Shown: positions 47,849 to 59,145, numbered from the stretch's first letter. The stretch is DNA of 64,000 nt from an uncultured Rickettsiales bacterium (GCA_964435165.1 CAYSXY010000001.1:43847-107846); one strand, 5' to 3'. Numbers and translations are program-made. The notes: generated by a model from the letters alone, not told the origin.

Positions 47849-48682
47849 CTATGCGGCTTTGACAACCGTATCAATTTCTTTCAGCGATTCGAGCAGCCCT
47901 TCCAAATCATCGGTTGGTACCATGCAAGGGCCATCGCTGGGGGCGTTATCGGGGTCCTGATGCGTTTCCATAAACAAGGCGGCGACCCCCACCGCCACGG
48001 CTGCGCGTGCTAAGGTGGGCACAAACTGGCGCTGGCCACCGCTGGCCCCGCCCAAGCCACCCGGTTGCTGCACGGAGTGAGTTGCATCCATCACCACCGG
48101 ATAGCCGCTCTCGGCCATGATGGGAAAAGAACGAAAATCCGTCACCAGAGTGTTGTAGCCAAATGATGTCCCGCGATCGGTCAGCAAAATGCGCTCATTA
48201 CCGGTGGAAGCCACTTTTTTGGCTACATTCGCCATATCCCATGGCGCGAGGAACTGGCCTTTTTTAATATTGACCACGCGGCCTGTCTGCCCGGCGGCCA
48301 GCAACAAATCTGTCTGGCGGCAGAGAAAAGCCGGAATTTGCAATACATCCACTACACTACCGGCGATGCTGGCCTGCTCTTCCGTATGGACATCGGTGAG
48401 AACTGGCACCTCGAACTGCTCACGTATTTCTTCAAACACCGCTAATGCCTTGGTCAGGCCTAATCCGCGCGGCGCATCGACACTGGTTCGGTTGGCTTTG
48501 TCGTAGGAGGTTTTGTAGATAAAGCCGATATCCAACCGCTCAGTAATGCGTTTGAGGCGCTCGACCATCATAAAGGCATGGTCACGGCTTTCCATCTGGC
48601 ATGGGCCGGATATCAAGGTAAAGGGTCGATCATTTGCAATGGTCAGGTCGCCCAGGGCAACGGGTTTAGCAGTCATATACAT
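47849..48682 (-). CDS. kdsA: 3-deoxy-8-phosphooctulonate synthase
   Basis: GPCQMES, KTSYDKANR, LQIPAFLCRQTDL, NIKKGQF, DATHSVQ. Confidence 0.92.
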   Translation of the reverse strand: MYMTAKPVALGDLTIANDRPFTLISGPCQMESRDHAFMMVERLKRITERLDIGFIYKTSYDKANRTSVDAPRGLGLTKALAVFEEIREQFEVPVLTDVHTEEQASIAGSVVDVLQIPAFLCRQTDLLLAAGQTGRVVNIKKGQFLAPWDMANVAKKVASTGNERILLTDRGTSFGYNTLVTDFRSFPIMAESGYPVVMDATHSVQQPGGLGGASGGQRQFVPTLARAAVAVGVAALFMETHQDPDNAPSDGPCMVPTDDLEGLLESLKEIDTVVKAA

Positions 48683-48719
48683 ACTCTATCTTTTGTCACT
48701 TTGTTGTGAGCAGTTTGTC

Positions 48720-50117
48720 TCACAGATCATCCAGTGCTTTGACGATCTCTTCCGTCATCTTCTTGGCATCGGCAAACAGCATCATCGTGTTGTCTTTGTA
48801 GAACAGGCTGTTTTCAATACCCGCATATCCGGCAGACAGGCTGCGCTTGATGAAGAGTACCGTCTGTGCTTTTTGCACTTCCAGCACCGGCATACCATAA
48901 ATCGGGCTGGAAGGATCATCCTTGGCCGCCGGATTGGTGATGTCATTAGCGCCAATCACATAGACGACATCGGTGCTGCCAAAATCGCGGTTGATTTCTT
49001 CCAACTCAAACACCTGATCATAAGGAATATTCGCCTCGGCCAGCAACACATTCATATGGCCTGGCATCCGGCCAGCCACCGGGTGAATGGCAAAGCGCAC
49101 TTCGACCCCTTCTTTTTCCAGAGTCTCGGTGAGTTCTTTTACCGCATGTTGCGCCTGTGCCACCGCCATGCCATAGCCCGGCACGATAATGACGGATTGC
49201 GCGTTTTTCATCAGGTACGCTGCGTCCTCAGCGCTACCGGGACGCACCGTCTTGTCGCCCGTATCGGCGGCAGCCGCTTCATCTCCACTGGCACCAAAGC
49301 CGCCAAGAATCACGCTGATGAAGGAGCGATTCATCGCCCTGCACATAATGTAACTCAGGATAGCGCCACTGGCTCCGACCAATGCACCGGTAATGATCAA
49401 CAGGTGGTTATTCAATGTAAAGCCAATGCCCGCCGCTGCCCAGCCCGAATAGGAATTGAGCATGGAGACGACCACCGGCATATCTGCCCCGCCGATCGGA
49501 ATGATAATCAGAATACCGACCACCAGCGCAATGGCTGTCATGATCCAGAATAATTGCGGTGATTGGCTGGTGCATACCATCAGGAGCAGTACGAGTATCG
49601 CAATGCCGAGCAAGGCATTGAGCTTATGCTGGCCGGAAAAGCGCACCGGAGCGCCACTGACAAGCCCTTGCAATTTGGCAAAGGCGACAATCGAGCCGGT
49701 GAAGGTAATCGCCCCAATGACAGAACCCAGTGCCATTTCGATGATGCTGCCGATTGGCACCTGGCCGACCGTCCCGATGCCATAGGATTCAGGCGAGAGG
49801 AATGCTGCGCCGGCGATGAACACAGCGGCCAGCCCTACCAGCGAGTGAAAAGCCGCCACCAGTTGCGGCATCGCGGTCATGGCGATTTGTCTGGCAATCA
49901 TGGCACCGATAGTACCACCAATGACCACGCCGAAGAGAATCATCGGCAGCCCTTCGACCGTCGGCAGTAAGAGTGTTGTCACCATAGCAATGGCCATGCC
50001 AGCCATGCCATAGAGATTTCCCCGGCGCGCAGAGACCGGCGAGGACAGGCCTTTCAGGGCTAAAATAAAGCAGATGGACGCAATTAAATACGCAAGTGCT
50101 GTCAGGTTTGCGCTCAT
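48720..50117 (-). CDS. pntB: NAD(P) transhydrogenase subunit beta
   Basis: Polytopic N-terminus plus C-terminal dIII domain ([23 protein letters not shown]). Confidence 0.93.
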   Translation of the reverse strand: MSANLTALAYLIASICFILALKGLSSPVSARRGNLYGMAGMAIAMVTTLLLPTVEGLPMILFGVVIGGTIGAMIARQIAMTAMPQLVAAFHSLVGLAAVFIAGAAFLSPESYGIGTVGQVPIGSIIEMALGSVIGAITFTGSIVAFAKLQGLVSGAPVRFSGQHKLNALLGIAILVLLLMVCTSQSPQLFWIMTAIALVVGILIIIPIGGADMPVVVSMLNSYSGWAAAGIGFTLNNHLLIITGALVGASGAILSYIMCRAMNRSFISVILGGFGASGDEAAAADTGDKTVRPGSAEDAAYLMKNAQSVIIVPGYGMAVAQAQHAVKELTETLEKEGVEVRFAIHPVAGRMPGHMNVLLAEANIPYDQVFELEEINRDFGSTDVVYVIGANDITNPAAKDDPSSPIYGMPVLEVQKAQTVLFIKRSLSAGYAGIENSLFYKDNTMMLFADAKKMTEEIVKALDDL

Positions 50118-50527
50118 GCCTTGCCTCCTTCATCCGCGGCCTTCTTCACCGGTGAGTCTTTTTTCTTGAACATCTCCAGCATGCGCCGAGTGACGATAAA
50201 GCCACCGAAAATATTGACAGACGCCAGGACAACGGCAAAGAAACCGAGTGTGTTGGAAAGTCCTGTGCCCTGCGCACCGAGGGCGATAATCGCCCCGACA
50301 ATGACAATGCCGGAAATGGCATTGGTAACCGCCATCAGCGGCGTGTGAAGCGCCGGCGTGACCTTCCACACTACATAATAGCCGACAAAGCAGGCGAGAA
50401 CGAACACAGTCAGGCTAATGAAAAATGCATCCGGGCCTGCGCTCATCTGCTGCTGGATTTGCAGCGCTTCTGCCTGCTCTGCCAGTTTCGTCGCGTTTTC
50501 TTTAATTTGCTGGAGTCCTTCATTCAT
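50114..50527 (-). CDS. pntAB: NAD(P) transhydrogenase subunit alpha, part 2 (membrane)
   Basis: Small 4-TM protein between pntAA and pntB with overlapping stops and starts. Split-alpha arrangement. Confidence 0.88.
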   Translation of the reverse strand: MNEGLQQIKENATKLAEQAEALQIQQQMSAGPDAFFISLTVFVLACFVGYYVVWKVTPALHTPLMAVTNAISGIVIVGAIIALGAQGTGLSNTLGFFAVVLASVNIFGGFIVTRRMLEMFKKKDSPVKKAADEGGKA

Positions 50528-51675
50528 GCCGCTTGCTCCTTCTGCTTCGCATTCCTGGCAAATGCCGGATGAATCACCACGCCGTCTTTTGTGATTAATG
50601 CCCCGGCCACGATGTCATCCTCAACATCCAATATGCATCGTTTGGTTTCTTCGTCATAGAGCAGCTGCATCAGGCTCAGCAGGTTACGCGCATAGAGCCG
50701 ACTGGCATCCGCAGCGACACGACTGACAATGTCTGTATAGCCCAGAACGGTGACCTCATGTTTGGTGGTTGCTTTGCCGGGTTTTGTCACGGCACAATTG
50801 CCCCCGGCCGGTGCGGCGAGATCAACAATCACCGCGCCTGCTTTCATGCTCTTAACCATGGCTTCACTGATCAATTCCGGCGCGGGTTTGCCCTGAATCA
50901 GGGCTGTGGTGATGACCAGATCCTGCTTGGCTATTTCCTCCTCCAGCTTGGCCTGCTGGCGTTTTTTGTAGTCATCGCTCATCTCTTTTGCGTAGCCACC
51001 TTCGGTTTCGGCATCTTCATCGGCCTCCACCTCGATAAAGGTTCCCCCAAGGCTTTCCACCTGCTCTTTGACTGCCGGGCGTACATCAAAGGCTGAGACC
51101 ACGGCACCCAGGCGTTTTGCAGTGGCAATGGCCTGCAATCCCGCCACCCCGGCTCCAATAATCAGCACTTTGGCCGGCGGCACCGTGCCGGCTGCCGTCA
51201 TCATCAGCGGAAACAGCTTGCCCATCGCGCTAGCGCCTTCAATCACAGCGCGATAGCCCGCCAGGTTGCTTTGTGAACTCAACGCATCCATCGATTGTGC
51301 CCGGGAAATACGCGGGATCAATTCCATCGCTAATGCGTCGATCTTCCGTTTGCCACATTGGTTGATGAGATCTGTACTTTGGTGAGGATTCAGCAAGCCA
51401 ACAAGCAGACTGCCGGATGGCAACTGCGTCCGCTGTTCTTCCTCCGGCGCATTCACGCAGAGGATAGTCGTTGCATCTTTAAGTGTGGTCTCTAACGTAC
51501 TGCCAATTGTGGCACCCGCATCCCGAAAATCGCTGTCGGCAATGCCTGATGCTGTACCCGCTCCCTTTTCGACCGACACGGTAATGCCCATCGCCACATA
51601 TTTTTTAATGGTATCCGGCGTCGCCGCCACACGTTTTTCATCTTTTTGGCGCTCTTTGAGCACGGCAAGTTTCAT
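50524..51675 (-). CDS. pntAA: NAD(P) transhydrogenase subunit alpha, part 1 (dI)
   Basis: Alanine-dehydrogenase-like fold, [22 protein letters not shown] Rossmann motif. Confidence 0.93.
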   Translation of the reverse strand: MKLAVLKERQKDEKRVAATPDTIKKYVAMGITVSVEKGAGTASGIADSDFRDAGATIGSTLETTLKDATTILCVNAPEEEQRTQLPSGSLLVGLLNPHQSTDLINQCGKRKIDALAMELIPRISRAQSMDALSSQSNLAGYRAVIEGASAMGKLFPLMMTAAGTVPPAKVLIIGAGVAGLQAIATAKRLGAVVSAFDVRPAVKEQVESLGGTFIEVEADEDAETEGGYAKEMSDDYKKRQQAKLEEEIAKQDLVITTALIQGKPAPELISEAMVKSMKAGAVIVDLAAPAGGNCAVTKPGKATTKHEVTVLGYTDIVSRVAADASRLYARNLLSLMQLLYDEETKRCILDVEDDIVAGALITKDGVVIHPAFARNAKQKEQAA

Positions 51676-51759
51676 CGCATCCCCCCTGTCCTATTCGCTC
51701 AACGGATGTAGCGGATGATTGCGATTAGTGCAATGAAAGAGCGCGGTTATGCGCTCGCC

Positions 51760-52164
51760 TTACTTGGCTGAGACTGCCGCTTGCTGCGCTTTGATGAAAC
51801 GTCGATATTGAAACGCCGCATGCATGCCGCGTGAGGATAACGTAAACAGGACAATGGCCACGGCGACATAATGCAGGGTTGGTAATTCCCCTGCTACCTG
51901 GTCGGTGAAGGTGATGCCAAGCATATAGAGCCCTAACACGGTCAGAACAACGATCGCCGACATGCTTTTCATGAAGTAAAAAACAAGCGCAAACGCGGCG
52001 ATGACAAACGCATCGAACAATAATACCGGGTAAAAAAGCTTGCCGACAACGGCCAGAAGAATCGCAAAGATGAGGATCAATTTACCGGTCAGGTTGATGA
52101 CCTGCAGGGCCTCGACCTGATCGCTGAGTTCGGTTTTGCCTAACAGGCTGAAATGACGAAACAT
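51760..52164 (-). CDS. Hypothetical 4-TM membrane protein
   Basis: Hydrophobic ORF. Met at 52164 preferred. GC hairpin (51739-51756) just downstream. Confidence 0.5.
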   Translation of the reverse strand: MFRHFSLLGKTELSDQVEALQVINLTGKLILIFAILLAVVGKLFYPVLLFDAFVIAAFALVFYFMKSMSAIVVLTVLGLYMLGITFTDQVAGELPTLHYVAVAIVLFTLSSRGMHAAFQYRRFIKAQQAAVSAK

Positions 52165-52375
52165 GATCCACCTCTTGCGTTTCTTAAGTGAAACGCTCCA
52201 TGCGCTCATGTGCTGCTGAGGCTGCGCACCCCCCTGGCCGCCAGTCCCCGCTGCACTCGCATAGTATGCGATGAGCTTATAACTCCATATTGATGGCTTT
52301 TATTTAAAATTTTATGAAACGGCGATGATGGTTATGTGACGTTTATCAATCAGTTATTTATTGTATATTCAGCCA

Positions 52376-53416
52376 TTACGGGCAGGGGTTGTGATGTTCG
52401 CTGTGTATTGTCTCAATACCTTCCAGCACATCATCGCTGAGCGTCAGGTCAATACTGGCGACATTATCCCGCAATTGTTGCATGGTCGTTGCCCCGATGA
52501 TGTTGCTGGTGACAAATGGCCGCGTGTTGACATAGGCTAAAGCCATTTGTGCCGGATCAAGCCCATGCTGTCGGGCCAAGGTCACATATTTATCGGTCTG
52601 CTGGTTGGCCAGAGATGATGTGTAACGCTGAAACCGCTCGAACAGCGTCAAACGCGCCCCTTCCGGTTTCTTGCCGTCGGCATATTTACCAGAGAGCACA
52701 CCGAATGCTAAGGGCGAATAGGCAAGCAGCCCGCATTGCTCGCGGATCGAGACTTCAGCCAGGCCCACCTCGTAAGTGCGATTCAACAGGTTATAGGGGT
52801 TTTGCACCGACATCACACGCGGCAGGCCTTTGGCTTGTGCCAGATGCAGGCAATGCATCACTCCCCATGGCGTCTCGTTGGACAGGCCGATATATCGCAC
52901 CTTGCCGCTTTCCACACATTCCTGCAGGGCTGTCAGGGATTCTTCCAGCGGAATACTGTCATCCGGCTCCTGATGTTTATACCCAAGCTGGCCGAAAAAA
53001 TTGGTACTCCGGTCAGGCCAATGTAATTGCAGCAGGTCAATGTAATCCGTTTGCAAGCGCTCAAGACTGCCTTCGACGGCTGCGAGAATATGCTCGCGGC
53101 TTAACCGGGTTTCCCCACGGCCAAGATAGGTAAACCCGTCAGAACGGCCTGTCACTTTTGTCGCCAGAATGACCTTGTCACGATTGCCGCGCGCGCTCAG
53201 CCAACTACCGATATAGCGTTCCGTTTTTCCTTGTGTTTCGGCTTTTGGTGGCACCGGATACATCTCAGCCGTATCAATGAAGTTGATGCCATGCGCTAAG
53301 GCATAATCAAGCTGTTCATGTGCTTCGTCTTCGCTGTTCTGCTCGCCCCATGTCATGGTGCCGAGACAGATCACACTCACATCAATCCCTGTGGTGCCAA
53401 GCGTGCGGTATTCCAT
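52376..53416 (-). CDS. NADP(H)-dependent aldo-keto reductase (Tas/YdjG-like)
   Basis: MEYRTLGTTGIDVSVICLGTMTWG, GINFIDTAEMY, LQLHWPD, GLSNETPWG. Confidence 0.88.
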   Translation of the reverse strand: MEYRTLGTTGIDVSVICLGTMTWGEQNSEDEAHEQLDYALAHGINFIDTAEMYPVPPKAETQGKTERYIGSWLSARGNRDKVILATKVTGRSDGFTYLGRGETRLSREHILAAVEGSLERLQTDYIDLLQLHWPDRSTNFFGQLGYKHQEPDDSIPLEESLTALQECVESGKVRYIGLSNETPWGVMHCLHLAQAKGLPRVMSVQNPYNLLNRTYEVGLAEVSIREQCGLLAYSPLAFGVLSGKYADGKKPEGARLTLFERFQRYTSSLANQQTDKYVTLARQHGLDPAQMALAYVNTRPFVTSNIIGATTMQQLRDNVASIDLTLSDDVLEGIETIHSEHHNPCP

Positions 53417-53493
53417 ATGCGTATCCCCCTCATGTTGGGGAATGATCTATCATAAGCCCGGGATGATGAGCAAGCCTCTGTGCCAGACGGCGG

Positions 53494-53631
53494 CTATTCT
53501 TCATCCATATGTGATTCGAATAAATAGCCCAGATCTTTAAACATTTGCCACAACACAATCGGCAAAATAAACAGTGGTATCAACAGGGCCACTAATGGCC
53601 ATGATTGTAGCGCCGTCCAAAGTTCCACCAT
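53494..53631 (-). CDS. Candidate 45-aa hydrophobic small protein
   Basis: Hand-translated, below the ORF-track cutoff: MVELWTALQSWPLVALLIPLFILPIVLWQMFKDLGYLFESHMDEE. Preceded by GGAGGGAGAG about 5-8 nt upstream of the ATG. Confidence 0.3.
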   Translation of the reverse strand: MVELWTALQSWPLVALLIPLFILPIVLWQMFKDLGYLFESHMDEE

Positions 53632-53834
53632 ACCGCTCTCCCTCCTTTTTCCTTCATTCTATATTCGCTCTCCCAATTACTGTCATATCACATTATTTAA
53701 AACTTTCAAGCCTTTGTTTTATATCAATAAAACCGGCAAACATACATGCAGGTTGTTTGTGGGAAAATAGCGGTTCTATTTTTCCGTAATTATAGTAGCT
53801 TGCGGGTCATACTCCTTTTGCGTGAAGATAACGC

Positions 53835-54758
53835 ATGGCCCATACTCATCCATTACCCGATCTCAATCACGATAATCAGCGGTTGATCGCCATCGCGTTC
53901 TGGCTCAATACCGTCTTCGTGGTGGTGGAAGTTGTCGGGGGCATCTGGGTGGATAGTATCGCCATCATCGCTGATGCCCTGCATGACTTTATGGATAGTT
54001 TAGGCCTCGGCCTGGCATGGTTTTTGACACGCATTGCCTCCAAACGGCCGGATGCCACATATACTTATGGCTATCAGCGCTTCACCCTTGTTTCTGCACT
54101 GCTCACCGGCTGCCTGATTATGGTCGGCCAGCTACTGGTGATATTGGAAGCCGTGCCCCGTCTCTGGCAGCCGGGTGAGCCGTTTGGACCCGGTATGATG
54201 ATACTTGCCCTGCTGGGAATGGCAGTGAATGGCATCGGCGCCTATGTCCTTTCCAAAGGGTCCGGCGTGCAGTCACGCCTGTTGACCTGGCACTTACTGG
54301 AAGATGTGCTGGGGTGGGCGGCCGTGTTGCTGGCGGCGTTACTGATCATCTGGCAGGGCTGGCATTGGGCGGACCCTGTGCTGGCTGTTGGAATTGCCGT
54401 TTATGTCTCGTTCAGTGCGTTCCGGCATTTGAAAAAAGCACTGTTTATTTTACTGCAATCCGTACCGGAAGGCTTTGATCAGCAGGCATTTGTCGCGGAT
54501 TTACACCAGCTGGATGGGGTGCAGGACAGCCATGATCTGCATATCTGGAGTCTGGATGGAGATCATCATATTCTGTCTGTTCATTTAGTGCTGCAAGAAG
54601 CAGTCCATGCCGAGCAGCGGCAACAGATACGACAAGCTGTGGAGACGCTGGCGAATCGCTATGGCAGCCCGGTTCATACGACCGTTGAGATGGAAGATGC
54701 AACCTTTCCCTGCCCGCATGCAGATGATCAACTCTATATGCAAAGAGCGGATGATTGA
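53835..54758 (+). CDS. Cation diffusion facilitator family divalent-metal efflux transporter
   Basis: Six TM helices, IIADALHDFMD and HLLEDVLGW metal-site motifs, C-terminal cytoplasmic domain. Confidence 0.88.
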   Translation: MAHTHPLPDLNHDNQRLIAIAFWLNTVFVVVEVVGGIWVDSIAIIADALHDFMDSLGLGLAWFLTRIASKRPDATYTYGYQRFTLVSALLTGCLIMVGQLLVILEAVPRLWQPGEPFGPGMMILALLGMAVNGIGAYVLSKGSGVQSRLLTWHLLEDVLGWAAVLLAALLIIWQGWHWADPVLAVGIAVYVSFSAFRHLKKALFILLQSVPEGFDQQAFVADLHQLDGVQDSHDLHIWSLDGDHHILSVHLVLQEAVHAEQRQQIRQAVETLANRYGSPVHTTVEMEDATFPCPHADDQLYMQRADD

Positions 54759-54817
54759 TTCCTGGTGCGGCTTGGGCTAATCCTTATTTAGAATTATTCT
54801 AACCACAGGCATCACCT

Positions 54818-56278
54818 ATGGCGCGCACGGCTCTTTTATGGTTCCGGCAGGATTTACGACTCAGCGACAATCCTGCCCTTCAACATCTGTTGAATGAAGA
54901 TTATGTCATCATCCCGCTTTACATCTGGGATGATGCACTGGACGCACCCTATGCCAGCGCAGGTGGTGCGGCACAGTGGTGGCTGCATCATAGCCTGGCG
55001 ATGTTGCGTGATTCCCTCGAATCATATGGCAGTCGGCTTATTCTGCGAAAGGGAGAGCCGTCCGATATATTGACGGAAATAGCAGACGCTACCCAGGCTA
55101 GTGCCATTAGCTGGAATCGCTGTTACGAGCCTGCGGTCATTGCGCGAGATAAAGCCATCAAACAATCGCTGAAGGATGCTGGATTGGAGGTCAGCAGCCA
55201 TGCTGCCAGCCTGCTTTTTGAGCCATGGACGATTCAGAATAAGAGCGGTGAGGCTTTTAAGGTCTACTCCCCCTTCTGGCGGCATTGCCTCAAAGAATCC
55301 GAACCACGCAGCCCCTATGACAAGCCAGAGGATATTCCATCGCCCGGGCAGTGGCCACCCTCCGACAGGCTAGATGATTGGCAATGGCTGCCAAGCGCGC
55401 CGGATTGGGCCGGAGGATTACGCGATGCCTGGAAGCCGGGAGAGACGGCGGCGCATCGGCGATTGCAGGCATTTCTTGACGAGCAGGTGGTTGATTATAA
55501 AGAGCAGCGTGACAGACCGGATTGCGACTCCACCTCACGCCTGTCCCCCTACCTCCATCATGGGGAAATCAGCCCGCATCAGATATGGCATAGCGCCCGG
55601 CAGGCCTATGGGCAAGCGGATGATAAAGCCACGCGAAAGGCGATTGATAAATTCCTCAGCGAAGTTGGGTGGCGTGAATTCTCATACCATTTGCTCTATC
55701 ACTTTCCGACCTTACCAGAAGAGAATTTTCGTCCTGAATTTGATGATTTCCCGTGGAAGGAAGATGATGAAGCCTTAACGCGTTGGCAGCGAGGACAAAC
55801 CGGCTATCCCATCATCGATGCCGGCATGCGTGAATTGTGGCACACAGGCTGGATGCATAACCGGGTGAGGATGATTGTCGCCAGCTTTCTCATCAAGGAC
55901 CTGCTGCTGCATTGGCGTCATGGCGAGGATTGGTTCTGGGATACGCTGGTGGATGCCGACCTTGCAAACAATGCCGCCAGTTGGCAGTGGGTTGCAGGCA
56001 GCGGGGCAGATGCTGCGCCTTATTTTCGTGTGTTTAACCCGATACTTCAGGGTAAAAAATTCGACCCTGACGGCGTGTATGTGAAGCGCTGGGTGCCGGA
56101 ACTGGATAAGCTGCCTGCAGAGCATCTTCATGCGCCGTGGGAAGCGCCCGAGGAAGTGCTGAACAAGGTCGGCATCACGTTGGGCGATATCTATCCCATG
56201 CCCATCGTTGATCATGCGGCGGCACGCGACCGGGCACTCACGGCATTTGAGCAGATTAAAAAGAAGAAAGCGGCGTGA
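54818..56278 (+). CDS. phrB: Deoxyribodipyrimidine photolyase (class I CPD type)
   Basis: LLWFRQDLRLSDNPAL, TGYPIIDAGMRELWHTGWMHNRVRMIVASFL, NNAASWQWVAGSGADAAPYFRVFNP. Confidence 0.9.
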   Translation: MARTALLWFRQDLRLSDNPALQHLLNEDYVIIPLYIWDDALDAPYASAGGAAQWWLHHSLAMLRDSLESYGSRLILRKGEPSDILTEIADATQASAISWNRCYEPAVIARDKAIKQSLKDAGLEVSSHAASLLFEPWTIQNKSGEAFKVYSPFWRHCLKESEPRSPYDKPEDIPSPGQWPPSDRLDDWQWLPSAPDWAGGLRDAWKPGETAAHRRLQAFLDEQVVDYKEQRDRPDCDSTSRLSPYLHHGEISPHQIWHSARQAYGQADDKATRKAIDKFLSEVGWREFSYHLLYHFPTLPEENFRPEFDDFPWKEDDEALTRWQRGQTGYPIIDAGMRELWHTGWMHNRVRMIVASFLIKDLLLHWRHGEDWFWDTLVDADLANNAASWQWVAGSGADAAPYFRVFNPILQGKKFDPDGVYVKRWVPELDKLPAEHLHAPWEAPEEVLNKVGITLGDIYPMPIVDHAAARDRALTAFEQIKKKKAA

Positions 56279-57327
56279 ACATCCTGCTGGTTGCCAGCCC
56301 TGTTGATCTGATGCAAAGCGGTCATGTGGGCGGCGTCACAAGGGTCATTGAGACGCATGCACGCATCCTCTCTCAACATGCGAATGTCAGCATCCTCGCA
56401 CCGGAAGGGTCTCACTGCCCGCCACATCATGTGATTGGCATCAAGGGTGCCTTGCAACCATCCTTACCACGATTGACAGCTCATGCACCTTATCCAATAC
56501 CACCCAACGGTGTATTAGCCGCCGGTTGGTCGTATATCCATGCGCATCAGCACAACTATGACATGGTGATTAATTATGCACAGGACTGGCTGCCTTTTTA
56601 TCTGAGCGGCAAATTGGCTTGTACAGTTTTTCATTATCTTAACCTGCCCTCTATCCACCCGACCGTGGACCAAATGATTCAACAATTCGCTTCAACACAT
56701 GCCTCACATATCGCCGTGATGAGTAAAGCACAACGGCACTCTCTTAAACTGCCGAGTACATGCCGACTGATTCCTTTCGCGTTGGCTGAACAGGATTATC
56801 CCTTTTATTCCGAGCCAGAGAGTTATCTGTGCTATGCGGGCCGCATCGCCCCGGAAAAAGGAGTAAAAGACGCGTTGCAAGCCGCCGCCTCGTGCCGTCG
56901 AAAGCTCGTCGTAGCGGGTATTGTCGATGATGCCGATTATTTCGACACACTCTCACAACGTTACGAGAAAACTCTCGATTATCGCGGTCATCTGGAGAAA
57001 AACGCTCTGCTGAATGTCATCAAAAAAGCACGCGCGATGCTTGTTCCGTCGCACTGGCTGGAAGTCTTCGGGGTTGTCGTGCTGGAGTCTTTGCTTTGTG
57101 GCACGCCGGTCATTGCATATCGATGCGGTGGGCCAGAAGAGATTGTGCTACACGATCAAACAGGATTTCTGGTCGCGCAGGGTGACCAGGATGCGCTAAG
57201 CGCGGCGTGCCAGAAGGTGGACCGCATTGATCGTCATCAGTGCCGGGTATTGACGGCTGAGCGTTTTAACCTGTCAGGTATGGAGCAACAATTGATGCAT
57301 TGGTTGCATGCAGAAAAGACACATTAA
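56275..57327 (+). CDS. Glycosyltransferase, GT4-like (GT-B fold)
   Basis: GTG overlaps the phrB stop. C-terminal E..G.V.LE....G.PVIA....G..EIV motif. Confidence 0.7.
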   Translation: MNILLVASPVDLMQSGHVGGVTRVIETHARILSQHANVSILAPEGSHCPPHHVIGIKGALQPSLPRLTAHAPYPIPPNGVLAAGWSYIHAHQHNYDMVINYAQDWLPFYLSGKLACTVFHYLNLPSIHPTVDQMIQQFASTHASHIAVMSKAQRHSLKLPSTCRLIPFALAEQDYPFYSEPESYLCYAGRIAPEKGVKDALQAAASCRRKLVVAGIVDDADYFDTLSQRYEKTLDYRGHLEKNALLNVIKKARAMLVPSHWLEVFGVVVLESLLCGTPVIAYRCGGPEEIVLHDQTGFLVAQGDQDALSAACQKVDRIDRHQCRVLTAERFNLSGMEQQLMHWLHAEKTH

Positions 57328-57674
57328 CGATATCGACGCCGATCACTCACGATAACCGTCTCTGCCTGGCGCACGGCGCCGGGTTTGGATACGGCTATCT
57401 CCGCCGTGATAACCTTATCGTGCTGGCCTATTGCGTCGAGCATCTCATGAATCATCGCTTCGATTAACTGCCACGGCTTGTGTTGCGCCCGTTCAATCAT
57501 CAACTCTGCAAGCGCGGCATAATCGAGTGTGTCCGCCAGATCATCACTTAAGCCTGCTGCGGCATTATCAACCTCCAACAGGATATCCATCGTCACAGGC
57601 CGCGCCTGTTGTTGTTCCCATTCATAGACGCCAAGCATCACCTGTGCCTTGAGTGCCTTGATTTCGATGTTCAT
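57324..57674 (-). CDS. folB: Dihydroneopterin aldolase
   Basis: Met at 57674. GVYEWEQQQARPVTMDILLEV, DTLDYAAL, LIEAM pattern. Confidence 0.8.
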   Translation of the reverse strand: MNIEIKALKAQVMLGVYEWEQQQARPVTMDILLEVDNAAAGLSDDLADTLDYAALAELMIERAQHKPWQLIEAMIHEMLDAIGQHDKVITAEIAVSKPGAVRQAETVIVSDRRRYR

Positions 57675-58396
57675 ACCAGTTGTTCCCCGCCATCGGCATA
57701 AAGGCATTGCCCGGTCAGCGATTCCTGCTCCAGCAGAAATGCAGTGAGTTCCGCCACCTGTTCGGGTGTTGCCAGTGCCTTCATTGGTAGATGATCAGCA
57801 TGTTGTTGCATATAGGATTCATCATAATCAGGTGATGGCAATACCAACCCGGGACAGACGGCATTGACACGAATTTTCGGCGCCAGTTCATAGGCTGTCA
57901 TTTTCGTTGCCTCCAACAATGCTTTTTTGGAGATCAAATAAGGGAAAAAAGGCGAGTGATTGCGGGTGATGTGGGTGTCGATGAGGTTAACGATGGCACC
58001 CTGTTTCACCTCATGGGCAAAGGCCTGCATCAGCATCACCGGTGCTTTCAGATTAATATTCATATGGCGGTCATAATCCTGCTCGGTCATTTGCCGAAAT
58101 GGGGTGCGCTCAAAAATCGAGGCGCTGTTGACGAGTGCCTGCAAGTGCGGCATGGCGCCGCATATGGTCTGCATCATCGCATGCCAGCAACCCGGCTCAG
58201 CGACATCCTGCTGATGCAACAGCACATGGCGATTCAGTCGACGAATCTCATCGGCAGTTTTAGCCGCCTCTTTATGTGAGCCGTTATAGTGAATGGCAAC
58301 ATCCCAGCCTTTCGCTGCAAGATGCAGGGCAACGGCACGCCCTACCCGTTTGGCTCCTCCAGTCACCAGCACTGCTTTACTTTCAGCCAGACTCAT
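57671..58396 (-). CDS. SDR-family oxidoreductase (pteridine/dihydromonapterin reductase-like by context)
   Basis: TGGAKRVG cofactor motif, YLISKKAL (YxxxK). Overlaps folB and udg in one operon. Confidence 0.75.
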   Translation of the reverse strand: MSLAESKAVLVTGGAKRVGRAVALHLAAKGWDVAIHYNGSHKEAAKTADEIRRLNRHVLLHQQDVAEPGCWHAMMQTICGAMPHLQALVNSASIFERTPFRQMTEQDYDRHMNINLKAPVMLMQAFAHEVKQGAIVNLIDTHITRNHSPFFPYLISKKALLEATKMTAYELAPKIRVNAVCPGLVLPSPDYDESYMQQHADHLPMKALATPEQVAELTAFLLEQESLTGQCLYADGGEQLV

Positions 58397-59085
58397 GACG
58401 TGACAGCCTCATGCGTCAGCAACGCAGCTCTTGCCATCACCGCATCAAACATGGATTCGTTCAAACGCCCGGTATTCACATTATAACGCGAACAATGATA
58501 GCTGTTGATCAATGTGACGGAGCGACCACCAAGCTGAAGCTTATGCTCCGCCCCATGGGCGAAGGCAAAGGCTGATTGCCGGAGACCGCAGGCCTTTAAT
58601 ACCGATTGATGGGCAATTCGCCCCAGCGCCAGCATGACCTTCAGCTGTGGCATGGCCTGTAGCTCAGAGGTTAAGTAAGGCAGGCATTGTGTCATCTCCT
58701 GCGTGGTCGGTTTGTTTTGTGGCGGAACGCAGCGCACCGCGTTGGTGATGCGAGCATTGACCAATGCCAGCCCATCATTAGCGGACTCACCAAAGGTTCC
58801 GTTGGCAAATCCATGGCGAATGAGCGCCGGGTACAACAGCAAACCGGCATAATCACCGGTGAATGGCCGCCCGGTACGGTTGGCCCCTTTCAGACCCGGC
58901 GCCAGCCCCACTACCAGCAATGCGGCATCCAGACTGCCGAATGCTGGCACGGCACCGTTGAAAAACTCCGGATATTCAACTTGATTATCATGACGAAAGG
59001 CCACTAGACGGTCACAGTGGCCACAATTTGGCTCAGGTTCAATGCCTTGTGCAGATTCAGCCTTGCGTAACGCGGCGCTTTTCAC
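58393..59085 (-). CDS. Uracil-DNA glycosylase superfamily protein (family 4/5-like)
   Basis: VVGLAPGLKGANRTGRPFTGDYAG motif, HCSRYN near the C-terminus. Confidence 0.8.
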   Translation of the reverse strand: MKSAALRKAESAQGIEPEPNCGHCDRLVAFRHDNQVEYPEFFNGAVPAFGSLDAALLVVGLAPGLKGANRTGRPFTGDYAGLLLYPALIRHGFANGTFGESANDGLALVNARITNAVRCVPPQNKPTTQEMTQCLPYLTSELQAMPQLKVMLALGRIAHQSVLKACGLRQSAFAFAHGAEHKLQLGGRSVTLINSYHCSRYNVNTGRLNESMFDAVMARAALLTHEAVTS

Positions 59086-59145
59086 TATATGTCAATGCCC
59101 TATTACAAAGTGGTTCATTCATTGAGCGAAGGAATAGCATAGCCC

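Noticed and set aside
48546-49553. 335-aa + strand ORF.
   Set aside because: It is antisense to the strongly recognisable kdsA and pntB genes, has His/Arg-rich low-information composition and no recognisable domain.
53574-53789. 71-aa + strand ORF upstream of the CDF transporter gene.
   Set aside because: It has no RBS and an odd composition, and it overlaps the better-supported small - strand ORF with a strong SD.
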